From positions 186,001 to 250,000 of the forward strand of contig NIVC01000996.1 in NCBI GenBank assembly GCA_002269645.1: a DNA stretch of 64,000 nucleotides, in the 5' to 3' direction. Origin of the DNA: Macrostomum lignano. Its lineage: Eukaryota. Shown here piece after piece: positions 33,101 through 42,937 of this stretch. How positions within the stretch are numbered: the stretch's first letter is position 1; the number at the start of each line of letters is the position of its first letter. The notes under the pieces were generated by a model. The model saw nothing but the letters and a program-made list of their open reading frames with translations. It was not told the origin of the DNA and searched no databases. The translations under genes and the position numbers were made by a program.

Positions 33101-33936
33101 CACTGACTCACTGCTCAACTAATCAATCTGAATCAGTGACTATTTGATCAATTTAGTCACTGACTCACTGCTAAACTAATCAATCTGAATCAGTGACTAT
33201 TTGATCAATTCAGTCACTGACTCACTGCTAAACTAATCAATCTGAATCAGTGACTATTTGATCAATTCAGTCACTGACTCACTGCTAAACTAATCAATCT
33301 GAATCAGTGACTATTTGATCAATTCAGTCACTGACTCACTGCTAAACTAATCAATCTGAATCAGTGACTATTTGATCAATTCAGTCACTGACTAACTAGT
33401 TTATTAATCAATATTAAAAAATCTATCAACATTATCAATTCAATTAATTAATTCAAAATCAAGGACACAAAGCTTAAAACACAGTTGATGTCCTTACCCA
33501 ATTAGTGAAAGAATGGTCACAATAATATGCAATTCAATCAGAACACCAATAAAAAATCCTGCTCCAACGGTTCTGCAAAGATAAAAAAATAGTTTTTGTA
33601 ACATATCAAAAATAAAAGTTACTTCTTAGATAATTTAGAACTTACACTTGATAATGCTTCTTAGCTATCAGCTTTGCCATGTAGAGAAGGGTATACAAAA
33701 ATATAATCCTAAAAAGTTAAAAATTTTTAATTTCAAATTAACTATAGAAATTCTATAACTATAAAGACATTTTCAACAAGATCAACTTACCGTTGGCCAC
33801 ATGTCTCTGCCAAGCAGAGAACAGTTGGCACAATTGACAAGCCAATTTGTCTAGGAAAAAATGAAATTGTCATGGTTTGTGCCTTGAACAATTCTATTTT
33901 AGATGGTTTAAAACTTCTAGCTGAAAATATTGGCAT
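15133..33936 (-). CDS. Polytopic membrane protein resembling plant NO EXINE FORMATION 1 (NEF1-like), 18 exons, about 997 aa
   Basis: Exons 33936-33791, 33708-33646, 33572-33498, 27444-27318, 27239-27121, 27042-26859, 26118-26040, 25302-25008, 23250-23072, 22967-22871, 22520-22292, 19288-19174, 19106-18950, 18864-18714, 17934-17804, 17718-17589, 17499-17374, 15723-15133. All junctions are GT-AG, phase-consistent and stop-free (2994 nt). More than 20 hydrophobic segments by eye. The gene structure is well supported; the NEF1 assignment rests on comparison with a recalled Arabidopsis sequence (about 0.65). Confidence 0.85.
15876..17220. repeat. 27/31-bp minisatellite (GCCAGACATTTTGCCAGCTAGGCATCTA[TTTC]CCA)n, last intron of NEF1-like gene
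   Basis: Direct reading. Confidence 0.95.
17996..18690. repeat. 28-bp minisatellite (GGCTGGCCCAGCAACTGAGGATCTGGGA)n, intronic
   Basis: Direct reading; three units give the 28-aa peptide repeat seen in the ORF track. Confidence 0.95.
19405..22265. repeat. 41/42-bp minisatellite (GAGGGAGTGATGGAGCGGAGAGGCAGATTCTC[C]AAGGAGTCT)n, intronic, with a block duplication of about 1 kb
   Basis: Direct reading; the rare variant AAAGTGTCTGAGGGAGTGATGGAGTTGAG recurs near 20190/20478 and 21184/21472. Confidence 0.95.
23291..24377 (-). mobile_element. Retroposon-like insertion with 16-bp TSD and (AAC)n tail, containing a 34-bp x about 6 minisatellite
   Basis: ACGTTACAAGCTATTT occurs at 23275-23290 and 24378-24393. 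GTTGTTGTT sits at the left end, giving a minus-strand tail. Internal GGCTCTACCGTACACTTTTGTGAATGGTCGTCTG repeats at 24082-24282. No recognisable protein. Confidence 0.65.
24583..24665 (+). mobile_element. 3' tail fragment of the CORE-SINE family (or its partner LINE)
   Basis: ATGCGCCGCGCAATAGCTGCGGCTGAGCTGTCGGTTGCA...CAGGTGTAATCAATTA matches the SINE 3' ends at about 14075-14145 and 44440-44510. Confidence 0.8.
25418..25890. repeat. 16-bp minisatellite (GATATGAAGTGTCGGA)n, intronic
   Basis: Direct reading. Confidence 0.95.
26175..26800. repeat. 46-bp minisatellite (GAGTCTATAGAGTAGGGGATAAACAAGGGGAATCAAATGTACACCC)n, intronic
   Basis: Direct reading; CACCCG recurs at 26253 and 26299. Confidence 0.93.
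29500..30754. mobile_element. Non-autonomous hAT-type DNA transposon (1255 bp)
   Basis: TIRs CAGTGTTGGGCA / TGCCCAACACTG; perfect 8-bp TSD CAATTCAG (29492-29499, 30755-30762); dense subterminal GTAAC/GTTAC motifs; no ORF. Confidence 0.92.
30039..30325. mobile_element. Small MITE nested in the hAT element
   Basis: Imperfect TIRs AGTGGTGTAGCCAGG / CCTGGCTACG..CACTG; near-TSD AGTGGACT / AGTGGATT; GC-rich island with internal TGCCTGCGGCGCT repeats. Confidence 0.6.
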
Positions 33937-35208
33937 GTTATTGACCACATTTGGATTATTACTTGAAAATAGATACTTAATATCTTAGTTAACTTGTTAA
34001 ATCTAGTAGTTACAATGGAAAATATGGTAGCTAGGGGTTTTTACTACACAGAAAATGTGGTAGATTGGGCAGTTATTTATTTATTTAAGACATCATAGCT
34101 GTGTAAATAGCACACTTTAAGCAACATTGTCACATAACTAGCAAGAGGCATCGTTGCCCATTATATTGAATCCCTTGAGCAGGCATACAAGTTGCATGTC
34201 ATATGCATAAGTACACACTAATATAGTGTACAGTAGCCCTATTTTTATTTATTGTATAAATGCATTTAGAATTAGCCCAAGCTTAGGCCAATGGCATACC
34301 AGAGCATTGCACAAGACCACTAGGCTATAGGAATTGGAAGTAGAGATAAATTGGTAGGTGTTTAAACCTAACAATATAGAAAGAAAAGTGATAGTTAAAC
34401 TAAAATGAAAATGAAAAAACAGAGTTAGACACTGAGATTTTATAATTAGATAAATTGCAAAAATGTAGATAAGTATTTTTATTTCAATTTTACTTTGAAA
34501 AAAATACACTGGTTCAACTTGCACCAAAGTTAGAAAAAGAGCTTTTATAAGAAAGGGAGCTAAAATTACTATAGGCTGGGGCCTACTAAGAAAATATATA
34601 CTTTGAAAACAAATAAAAACAAAAAACACAACTTAATTGATTGAATAAAAATGCAGCAATGAATAGCACACTGGGTAATTATTTTAATGAAAATAAAAAT
34701 TTGCAAGGACAAATACTGGAACATAAAATTGTTTAATAATATGCTCCAAGTTAAGCAATATTAAAAAAACGTAAAATGAAATAAAGTTTTCAACTTAGCA
34801 ATGACAATTTTAGCTTTTTACCAATGAACACCATTTTAAACAAGATAAAGCAATGGTATTAAATGTATTGAGGAACTTTAAATAAAATGCAAAGAACCAG
34901 AAAAAGTTATAACAAAATAAGACAAATATGATAAGCCTAGCTAATATTAGGATACACATGTTTATTTTTTTAAACAAAAGGCAATCATATAGGTATAGTG
35001 AAGCAAATCAATTACTATTCATTACTATTCTAATTTAAATGGTTATAAAGCTTTTTTATAGTCATTTACTTTGACTTTATAGTTGGTTCAACTTTAAACC
35101 TTTTTGTTTAAGTTAGGCATATTATAAAAAAACTTAAACAAAAAAGTTAATAAGACATAGGCCTAGTAACTAGGACTTAATATAAAAAACTTAGAATGAT
35201 AGGCTTAA

Positions 35209-35834
35209 TTGGTAACAGTCCACTTCGGTAAAAGCCATTTTGGTAACAGCCACTTTGGTAACAAGTAAGAATGATATAATATGTATTAATTTATATGCTC
35301 CAAAAGGATGTGCAAACAAACTTTAAAGAAAGAGCAACAAAACACATGTGTACCTACATTTATTTAACTTGTTTAAAAGTGTTTTAACCAATCTATTTTA
35401 ATTTCTGGATGAGTCAGATACATGCACCTGAGACATCCTATACTTGGCCAAATATTGTATACCATATACATTAGAATCTTTGATCTAGTTAGCAAATGGT
35501 GACTTAAAATTACTGAATCTAACTTTTTTTCTTCATTAACTAATTTAAAAAATTTCAATATCAATGTATGTATACGATCTTGCTTTGCTTAATTTTCTTT
35601 GCCTTTAAATTTTTCACAAAGTTGATGAACAAGTTTAAACAAGGTATAATACAGTTTCACTAGAAAGTTTATCAATATGTGCAATAAGATATTTGAGATG
35701 TTAGCCTAATTATTAAACTTATTATTGCTAAACCTTAGTAATCATAAAAATAAAGTGTTGACAATTATAACTCTACTTTGTTACCGAAGTTGGCTGTTAC
35801 CAAAATGGCAGTTACCGAAGTGGATTGTATTTGC
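35209..35834. mobile_element. MITE-like element with about 50-bp imperfect inverted repeats
   Basis: TCCACTTCGGTAA..GCCATTTTGGTAACAGCCA near 35219-35265 is the inverted copy of 35778-35825. TTAA flanks both sides (35205-35208, 35835-35838), but the outermost bases do not pair. Confidence 0.6.
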
Positions 35835-35989
35835 TTAATTAATGTCTACAAATGCTTTAAAATCAGAAAGGTAAAGACAAGCTATTAGTATCAAAGAAAA
35901 GGGGTTTAACTTATGTACATTAGGTACATATGTCTAGAGCTATTGTTGTTATTGTTCTAAGATGGTTTAAGGATATACTTGGTACTTGG

Positions 35990-36362
35990 TAGAGGTTGGA
36001 CGGGATCCCCATCCTGATCCCGAAATCTCGGGATCCCAAGGAAAATTGAATTCCCGCGAGACCAAAATCCCGACCATAAAAAACTTGAGATTCAGGAACA
36101 GGTCTTTCGATTAATAATTTATAGAATTAGTGATTACTTGAAGGTATTTTGCTTTAACTTGTACTTGTTACACTATTTACTTTGTTGGTTACAAAACTTC
36201 ATATCGATTTTGTTGTGTTTTACTTCTTGATCTTGACAATCTTTTCTCATTTTTGTTTAACTTTACATGGACAATACACTAAAAGACCTGATCCCGATCC
36301 CGAGAAAAAAATTATTCCCAATCCCGATCCCACCCGAAGATTTCAATCCCGTCCAACCTCTA
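35990..36362. mobile_element. hAT-type MITE (373 bp)
   Basis: 17-bp perfect TIR TAGAGGTTGGACGGGAT / ATCCCGTCCAACCTCTA; 8-bp TSD GTACTTGG / GTACTTAG (7 of 8 match); subterminal ATCCCG repeats. Confidence 0.85.
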
Positions 36363-36497
36363 GTACTTAGCCAATAATATAATCTACGAGTAAAAGTAAG
36401 CTTTGAGTTATTGACTATAGACCTTAAATGATAGTTTAGCATTTAGTTGGTCGAATTAGGTAATATGAATCAGTTTAAATTAATGATTAGAATTAAA

Positions 36498-37050
36498 TTA
36501 GCATTCTTCTTCAAGCTTATGAAGAGCCTTCTTAGCACGCCGAGTAGATCCACTTGGAGTACTAGTATTAGCAGAACAGCCATTAGAAGTTTTCTTGTTA
36601 GAAATTCCTTTCTTTTTACTAGAATTTCTAGTTGTTCTAGTCAAATGCTTTTCCACTTCTGGCTCACTATTGTAACTGTAAGCAAAGTTGAGGTCTTCTT
36701 GGTGTTGACAATATAGGCCTACTCCATTGGCTTGATTTAAATTGTTGCTCATAGGCTCAATTGGTGGCAAAATAGACTTAGATACATCACCAACACTGTA
36801 GCTTCTTTTCAGATGATCAGCAGTTCGCAAAACAGCATTGGCAGCATAGTTCATTCCATGTTGGCCAAACTGAAAGAGCATTTCACAACCCTTGTTAGAA
36901 GCTAAATAGTCAAATAAATAATAAGTTAAATAAATAAGTTAAATAGTCAAAATACTGCAGTAAACAGCCGTTACCAGTCGAAGTCAAAGACAATCGAAGT
37001 CTTTTTAAACCGCTACTAAATTGAACAGTACTTGCCTCCGTCCGTCTCTT
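36498..37050 (-). CDS. Terminal exon(s) of an unidentified gene; basic, low-complexity product
   Basis: Open frame 36901-36498 after acceptor ACTATTTAG (phase 1). A candidate phase 0-to-1 exon at about 37050-36975 ends in a GTAACG donor. The 5' end is unresolved and no family is recognised. Confidence 0.35.
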
Positions 37051-37904
37051 AAAAGAAAATGCTGTTAGTGCTACAAACCAAACCGATCACTCATTATTTT
37101 CGAAGAAATCTGCATCGAGCAGGATTTTTAAAATAAGTGGCTAACTTAAACAAAACTCTCATAGTTCGCTAAGAAGTTAATCACGAATAAGTCTTAATCG
37201 TAGTGCATTTTTATTAGGTGCCTATTTATTTTTTTCCTATTTAGGTGTATGCTGCAACCCATAAACGATATGAAGTTTTCAATCCATATCCTAAAAAAAT
37301 TTCTATTAACTTCTAATGCGATCTCCGATTGCTTCAATGCTATAGATGTACTACTCAGAATCATTTTTAAGAATGAAAATAATAGAAAATTTTGTTGGAT
37401 CAGACGTTCTCTTTTTGCTTAAGATCGAAAACATCAACTTCCGCTTTCAGAATGATGCAGTACATGTACATGCACAACGGTTGTATTTTACGTCATGACG
37501 TGCATGTACAATAAAGATGTAACTTACAAGGTGGTCATGTCCATGTGGGAAATAAAGGATTTCGGTTTCCAATGAGGTCTGCACGCCACGCATTTTCAGG
37601 CGGCAGATTTTTTCACCAATAGATACTGCAAGAGCTAGTTTAAGACCTAGCTCTAAGTTCGTACATTTAACCGGTGTTCCCTTGTACGTGTACGCGATCG
37701 GAGCTTTTAAATTTAGCGGATGGTCCTCCTCCGTGTAACTATACAGCCGTATAACCTATGTTTCTGGCACCCATAGAAGCTAGGTAGTACAGTACTATAA
37801 TAGTTGGGGTATAGTAGCCAGAAAAAGTCTACTAACGAGAAATCTCATGAGCGCTCAGTCAGGGATACGTTCTGTCCTCACCACACAGATACGTCTGATG
37901 TGAT

Positions 37905-38283
37905 GGTCTGACCACAGATACTATAATAACTGATGTCTGACCACAGATGTCTGACAGATGTCTGATAACTGATGTCTGACCACAGATGTCTGACAGATGT
38001 CTGATAACTGATGTCTGACCACAGATACTGTAATAACTGATGTCTGACCACAGATACTGTAATAACTGATGTCTGACCACAGATGTCTGACAGATGTCTG
38101 ATAACTGATGTCTGACCACAGATGTCTGACAGATGTCTGATAACTGATGTCTGACCACAGATACTGTAATAACTGATGTCTGACCACAGATACTGTAATA
38201 ACTGATGTCTGACCACAGATACTGTAATATAAACTGATGTCTGACCACAGATACTGTAGTAATAACTGATGTCTGACCATAGA
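37905..38283. repeat. Mixed-unit minisatellite built on ACTGATGTCTGACCACAGAT
   Basis: Direct reading. Confidence 0.9.
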
Positions 38284-39101
38284 TAATTTAATACATGCAC
38301 GTATATATGATACCTAGATGAGATGATCGATATCCTAGGCGTTGAAGCACAGAGAGGTCCCTATAGCTGTGCCGCTGCTGCTATACGAGCTGATTTGTAA
38401 AGACAGCTGCTTGTCAGTGTGAGTCCATGACTAGGCTTGCTGCAAAAATCGTGGTTCTTACATGTGTGCATTATACATGTAATTAACGTAGTATTCAAAC
38501 AGTAAAGTATAATTTCTCTCCCAGCTGTCTTGGAGACCAAAGCTACATGCATGAGCTATATAGTGTACCTACAGACAATTTTTGACGGGCAAAATAAAAT
38601 ACGCAGCAGAAAATTTCTTCCAGACCCTCGGGGCGTGGGTAATTAAATTTATATAAATCCCGTGCAAAAATACCTCCATCTAAATATATACCTGCATGCA
38701 TGTCTGCAGAATCAGGATGAGCTTTCAGTAGCGCAACCAGAAATTTGTTGTCAAATTGAAACCTGCACGTGAACATTTACCATGTACATGTAAGAAATGC
38801 ACTGACAGGAACGTCGCTATAAAAGGATGAGGTTCAGGATGTCCACCAGCAGAAATATGATGCGCAATTAATAGTACGGAAAAAATAAAAAAATCCTTGT
38901 CTGAGACCGTTTGCGTCTAAGCCTGGTAATTATTTTGGAAAATGATTCATCATCGTGCTATTTTTCCTTTCTTAGCCTGGCGTCCAAAAATTTATTCTGC
39001 AGGTTTCTTAGTGGAACTAAAATATAATGTTTTTGTTGTACAGTGCAGCACATGAAAATTAGTTGTCTTAATTTACATGCAGTTAATTTTGCCAAGTAAT
39101 G

Positions 39102-39584
39102 TTAGAAAATATCAATAGCATCCGGATATGGACCAACAATCGTGTGAGCTGGATAATCCTCAGGACTAGCCTCCACGCCAGGCTCACGTTCGTACACATC
39201 GCTATCGACATCAGGCAACGATTCAAATCCGTCTTCCTCTCGCTGAAGTTCGTCGTCCTCAGCGCCATAATCGTCCGATTGTGACTTGTCAGCCTCATCA
39301 GCCTCATCAGCAGGGACTTCGAGTTCAATAGTGTCCTCAAAGTCTGGCAAAGAATCCGTGTCAGAATCATCTTGTCCAGATCCGACACCAATCTCGTCAT
39401 CAGAAGGGTCCTCCTCACGTCCTACTAGTACATCAGAAGGTTCGTCCTCACGTCCTTTTAGTAGAACAGAATCCTCCAAGCTTGCATCACCGAACTGATC
39501 TTGAGTCTCTCTGTAGGCTGTAGCAGTATCGTCAAAAAGCCGCGTACCGATCAGGAGTACCAGCAGTACCGTGGTAGTCTTCAT
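39102..39584 (-). CDS. Putative secreted, highly acidic (D/E-rich) protein, 160 aa (C-terminus may be spliced)
   Basis: ATG start, signal-peptide-like MKTTTVLLVLLIGTRL, then D/E-rich non-repetitive sequence with coding-like composition. Confidence 0.6.
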   Translation of the reverse strand: MKTTTVLLVLLIGTRLFDDTATAYRETQDQFGDASLEDSVLLKGREDEPSDVLVGREEDPSDDEIGVGSGQDDSDTDSLPDFEDTIELEVPADEADEADKSQSDDYGAEDDELQREEDGFESLPDVDSDVYEREPGVEASPEDYPAHTIVGPYPDAIDIF

Positions 39585-40103
39585 CTCAAGCCAAATTAGT
39601 TGCGGGTATTACAAAGTCGATGAGATATCGATCGAGTGACTACACACTCACTGCATGAATTTATGCTTAATATATACAAGTAAAGTAGGGTTTTATGATT
39701 ACAGCCTGAAGTAGGTTTTCCGTATTGATAAGAGCCATGGTTATAGAGCGAAAAGATCACGCGCGCCTGAGATTGCAAACCAGACCAAGCTGGAGTTGAA
39801 ATTAGCCGGATTAAACTAGCTTCCAACCCTGAAACTACTCTGGAAACTTGTTTTCCATATCGTATCGTTGGCTCTACTTGAGAGGGTCAGAAACAGTTTT
39901 AATGACATTTCAAATCATTACTTCACAAAAATATCGTAAGCTTGTCAAGTATGCATTGTATTTTAGTTTAGGAAAGTTTTCGTAGTAATCGTATTTAAGT
40001 TATTGATGAGCTTTACTACATTTTAAAACAAGGCAAGATTTTTAGTACATGCACTACGGATGTATTCAAGAAGCAGTTCGAGCTTAGATTTAGACAGGGA
40101 GCA

Positions 40104-41762
40104 TCACCACAGTGACCACTGCAGCAGCCAATCAAGTCTATCTGGCTTTAAATCCCGGTTAGACTTCTCCAGCTTAACCGTGACGCTGATCAGTTCGCTA
40201 GTGTCCAAGCCGGAGTTGCTTAGCGAAAACAGCGAATGGAAACTTTTTCGTCGCTTGTCGTAGTAACCGGCATCGCCGCTAGCTACTTCCGGTTGCTGGG
40301 GCGTGGCCGATGCAGATCCGTGCTCAGCTGCTTCTTCTTCAACAACCTTAAGTCCCGGAGCTTCTGCTTCTGAAAGCTCTCGAGCGGTCGTCTCTTCTGT
40401 CAAGGACAGCGTCTTTGATGGTGGAGGTTTAACTTGGTTTCCGCCGACCACAAAGAGCTTGTTACCAATTAGCGACACGGCCGCATAAGCTCGACTGCAC
40501 TGTTCGATATTTCTTCGAGTCCAGCACAGTTTGAGAGAGTCGGATATGCCATCAACAGTGCCCTGCTCCATCGCTTTGTCGAGCTCATCTAACAACGCTT
40601 TCATGTCTTCGATGCTGAAATAGTACAATCCAGGCAAGCGACTCTTTTGCGAAACGGCTGGATCGTCGTCCTTGCCGGTCAGAGGCGAGCCGCCGACCAA
40701 GTAGACCCGGTTGAAAGCGGAATCGAACACCAGCTGGTGGCCGCGAACTCCCAGACTGGTTGGGACTCCGACGCCCGATGGTAGCGCCTGCCATAGATAC
40801 TCGTAGTCCAGGTAAGGATTCGTCGATTTGAGTAAACCAAATCGCCATATGTGATTGAAACAACGAAATGAACCGTTTGGACTGCGGGCAACGCCGCCAA
40901 CTAATATCACCGTGGAGAGCTGCTCCAGGCAGATGCACGCAAACTCTGCGCATGGAGCTGGCAGAGGATTCTCTTGGTACCAATTGTTCGTGATCGGCTC
41001 GAACGACTCCATGAGCTCTGTGAGGGCGCCGTTGGTAGTCCGGCCGCCAGGACAGTAGATTTTGCCGTCGTAAGCGAATGCTGAAAAATCTGCTCTGGGA
41101 GTCTTCATCTTGTTGCAGTAGTACCAGGTGCCCGTGCTTAGCTGTGGGTTCATTCACGTAAAGTGCGTAGGAAGCCGATGAGAAAAGGCGAGGAGGGATT
41201 CGATGACAAGAGTCGAGACGAAACTAGACGAGATTGACGAGAGGAGACGAGAGGAGACGAGACGGACAAGATGAGACGAGACGGATGAGATAAGACGAGA
41301 CGGACAAGACAAGACAAGACGAGACGGACGAGATAGGATGAGACAGGACACGACGAGACGGACGCGACGAGAGAGACGAAACGAGACGGGAAGAGATATG
41401 ACAAATTAGATAGTGCGATACAGAACATATCACGAGATAAAACGATAGTGGTAAGACGCGATAAGAAATTAGAAAAGTAGAAATTAAAGTATGAAACACA
41501 AATCGCGATTAAAATTTTTGAGAAGACTAACCTCATACCGCAACACTTGTCTACTGTATTTCTTCTTAGCAGGCCGGTAGCCTCCGAGAAAGTAAAGGTG
41601 ATCGCGAAGTCGAACCACACTGTAGCGACAGATCCCGTCGAGTCTACGCCAGTCTAACAGCGACACCTTTGGCATCACCAGGCGGCGCTCGGGATGGTAA
41701 ACTAAAAACGCCGCGCACTGCTTCATCGACTGTCGAGGAAAGAGAAGTATCAGGTCCGCCAT
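40104..41762 (-). CDS. Kelch-repeat protein; exons about 41762-41533 and 41141-40104; 5' part unresolved
   Basis: Repeated kelch blades (HLYFLGG, KIYCPGG, VILVGG, RVYLVGG, KLFVVGG with downstream W). Phase-0 GAG|GTTAGT donor joins CCCACAG|CTA acceptor. No BTB/BACK exon identified. Confidence 0.8.
41200..41400. repeat. Degenerate (AGACG)n pentamer repeat in the kelch intron
   Basis: Direct reading. Confidence 0.85.
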
Positions 41763-42633
41763 GGTGCCGAGGTGGGAGTCCTAACCGCCCTGGGGACAGA
41801 TCCCAGTACAAAAACAGCTTTCTCTTATACCAGAGAAATTTTAACACTATCGGTTGCTAAACTGCCTAACAAAAATCTGCTGGCTGAACTCTGTCTCTAT
41901 CTTTCTGTCCCTGCTTCTATCTCTGACTCTCTGCTCTCTGTTGACGTCTATCCGCAGCTTTTTAACGGGGTGGGTGTTTGGCGCCTGCATTCAAACACAA
42001 CGGGGCCAGGTAGGGACTATAAGTAGACTAGACTAGAAGAGAGCAAAGAAGAAGAGATGGAGGGTTGGCAGCAAAAAAAAATTGAGCGCTCTCTCTGCGT
42101 CTATACCGTTTCTAGTCCGTTGTCATGAACGCTTTTGAAGTATAATGGGTACAATAGTGGGCTACGGGCTACCGCTCAAGACCTAACAGAGAGACAGAGA
42201 TTGGTGTGCAATTTCGTAGCTTTAACCGGGCGAAGAAGCCCTGGTGGACATTAATACTCGTAGTGCATTTATCTGCTTTTAAAGCGTTAATTTTAATTCG
42301 ACCTATATTTCATCGTATTGAACTTGCTTTTTATTTATCCATTTCTATTCGGTGTCGCAAGTCGTATCCCAACCTCTCTGGGAGGTCTTTTCCTGAGATT
42401 TAGCATGATTTCTTTACGTGTAAAGTTCCGTCAGTTATGTTCTGTTATTGACATATCTGTCTGATTTATTCATAGACAATTTGTCTGTTCGGTTACTATC
42501 TGCCTGTCCATCTACAGATCCGTCTGTCAATGAACTTGTCTGACAATGAATCTATCTACCTACGCAACGGTCTGTCTTAGAATGTGTCTATTTTTAAACC
42601 TGTCTCGCAAATTAATCTTTAATACTAACAAGA

Positions 42634-42937
42634 ATAATTGATTACACCTACCCCAATGGGCAGGTGTTCAACCGACAGCTCAGCCGCAGCTATTGCGCTG
42701 CGCAGCTGAAGGCTGCGCACGGCTCTTCAGTCCAGTCCAAGGACTGATGGGTTGCTGCACACACCTTCAATTACCCCAGCTAATGCTGCTGGCACCCATT
42801 TTGACAGCTGGGTGAACTGAAGCAATCCAGAGTTATGTGTCTTGCTCAAGGACACAAATTATTTCGAGTAGGATCGGGAATCGAACCCACCATTCAAGTC
42901 GTGCGACGGACGCTCTAACCACTAGGCTAAAATCCCC
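42634..42937 (-). mobile_element. CORE-type SINE, copy 2
   Basis: Reverse complement of copy 1 features: A box, B box (GGTTCGATTCC), GTGTCCTTGAGCAAGACAC, AAAATGGGTGCCAGC and the same tail. Confidence 0.88.

Larger units (their letters stand above)
27545..33392. repeat. 57-bp satellite, about 80 near-identical units, split by a hAT MITE
   Basis: Unit TCAGTCACTGACTCACTGCTAAACTAATCAATCTGAATCAGTGACTATTTGATCAAT; lies wholly in intron 3 of the NEF1-like gene. Confidence 0.97.

Noticed and set aside
27545-33392. CRISPR-like look of the regular 57-bp array (also the 28-, 31- and 41-bp arrays)
   Set aside because: Units are head-to-tail with no unique spacers and no cas genes, and they lie in spliceosomal introns.
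15133-33936. Pecanex-like, PIG-O/PIG-G or TRC8/RNF145 identity for the large membrane protein
   Set aside because: No Pecanex C-terminal domain, phosphodiesterase domain, HLMVW motif or RING finger. Local similarities were weaker than the end-to-end NEF1 resemblance. Still to be settled by HMM search.
34249-34629. Hydrophobic 126-aa ORF as a further 5' exon of the NEF1-like gene
   Set aside because: AT-rich sequence yields hydrophobic codons by chance, I could not link it in phase, and the ATG at 33936 already matches the expected N-terminus. It is not fully excluded.
38361-38776. Short ORFs including AGIYLDGG (glycosyltransferase-like)
   Set aside because: The motif falls just after a likely donor in AT-rich sequence, and no consistent exon chain could be built.
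41770-42200. Possible retroelement fragment with (AGACT)n in the kelch 5' region
   Set aside because: No TSD, ORF motif or convincing second copy found by eye.
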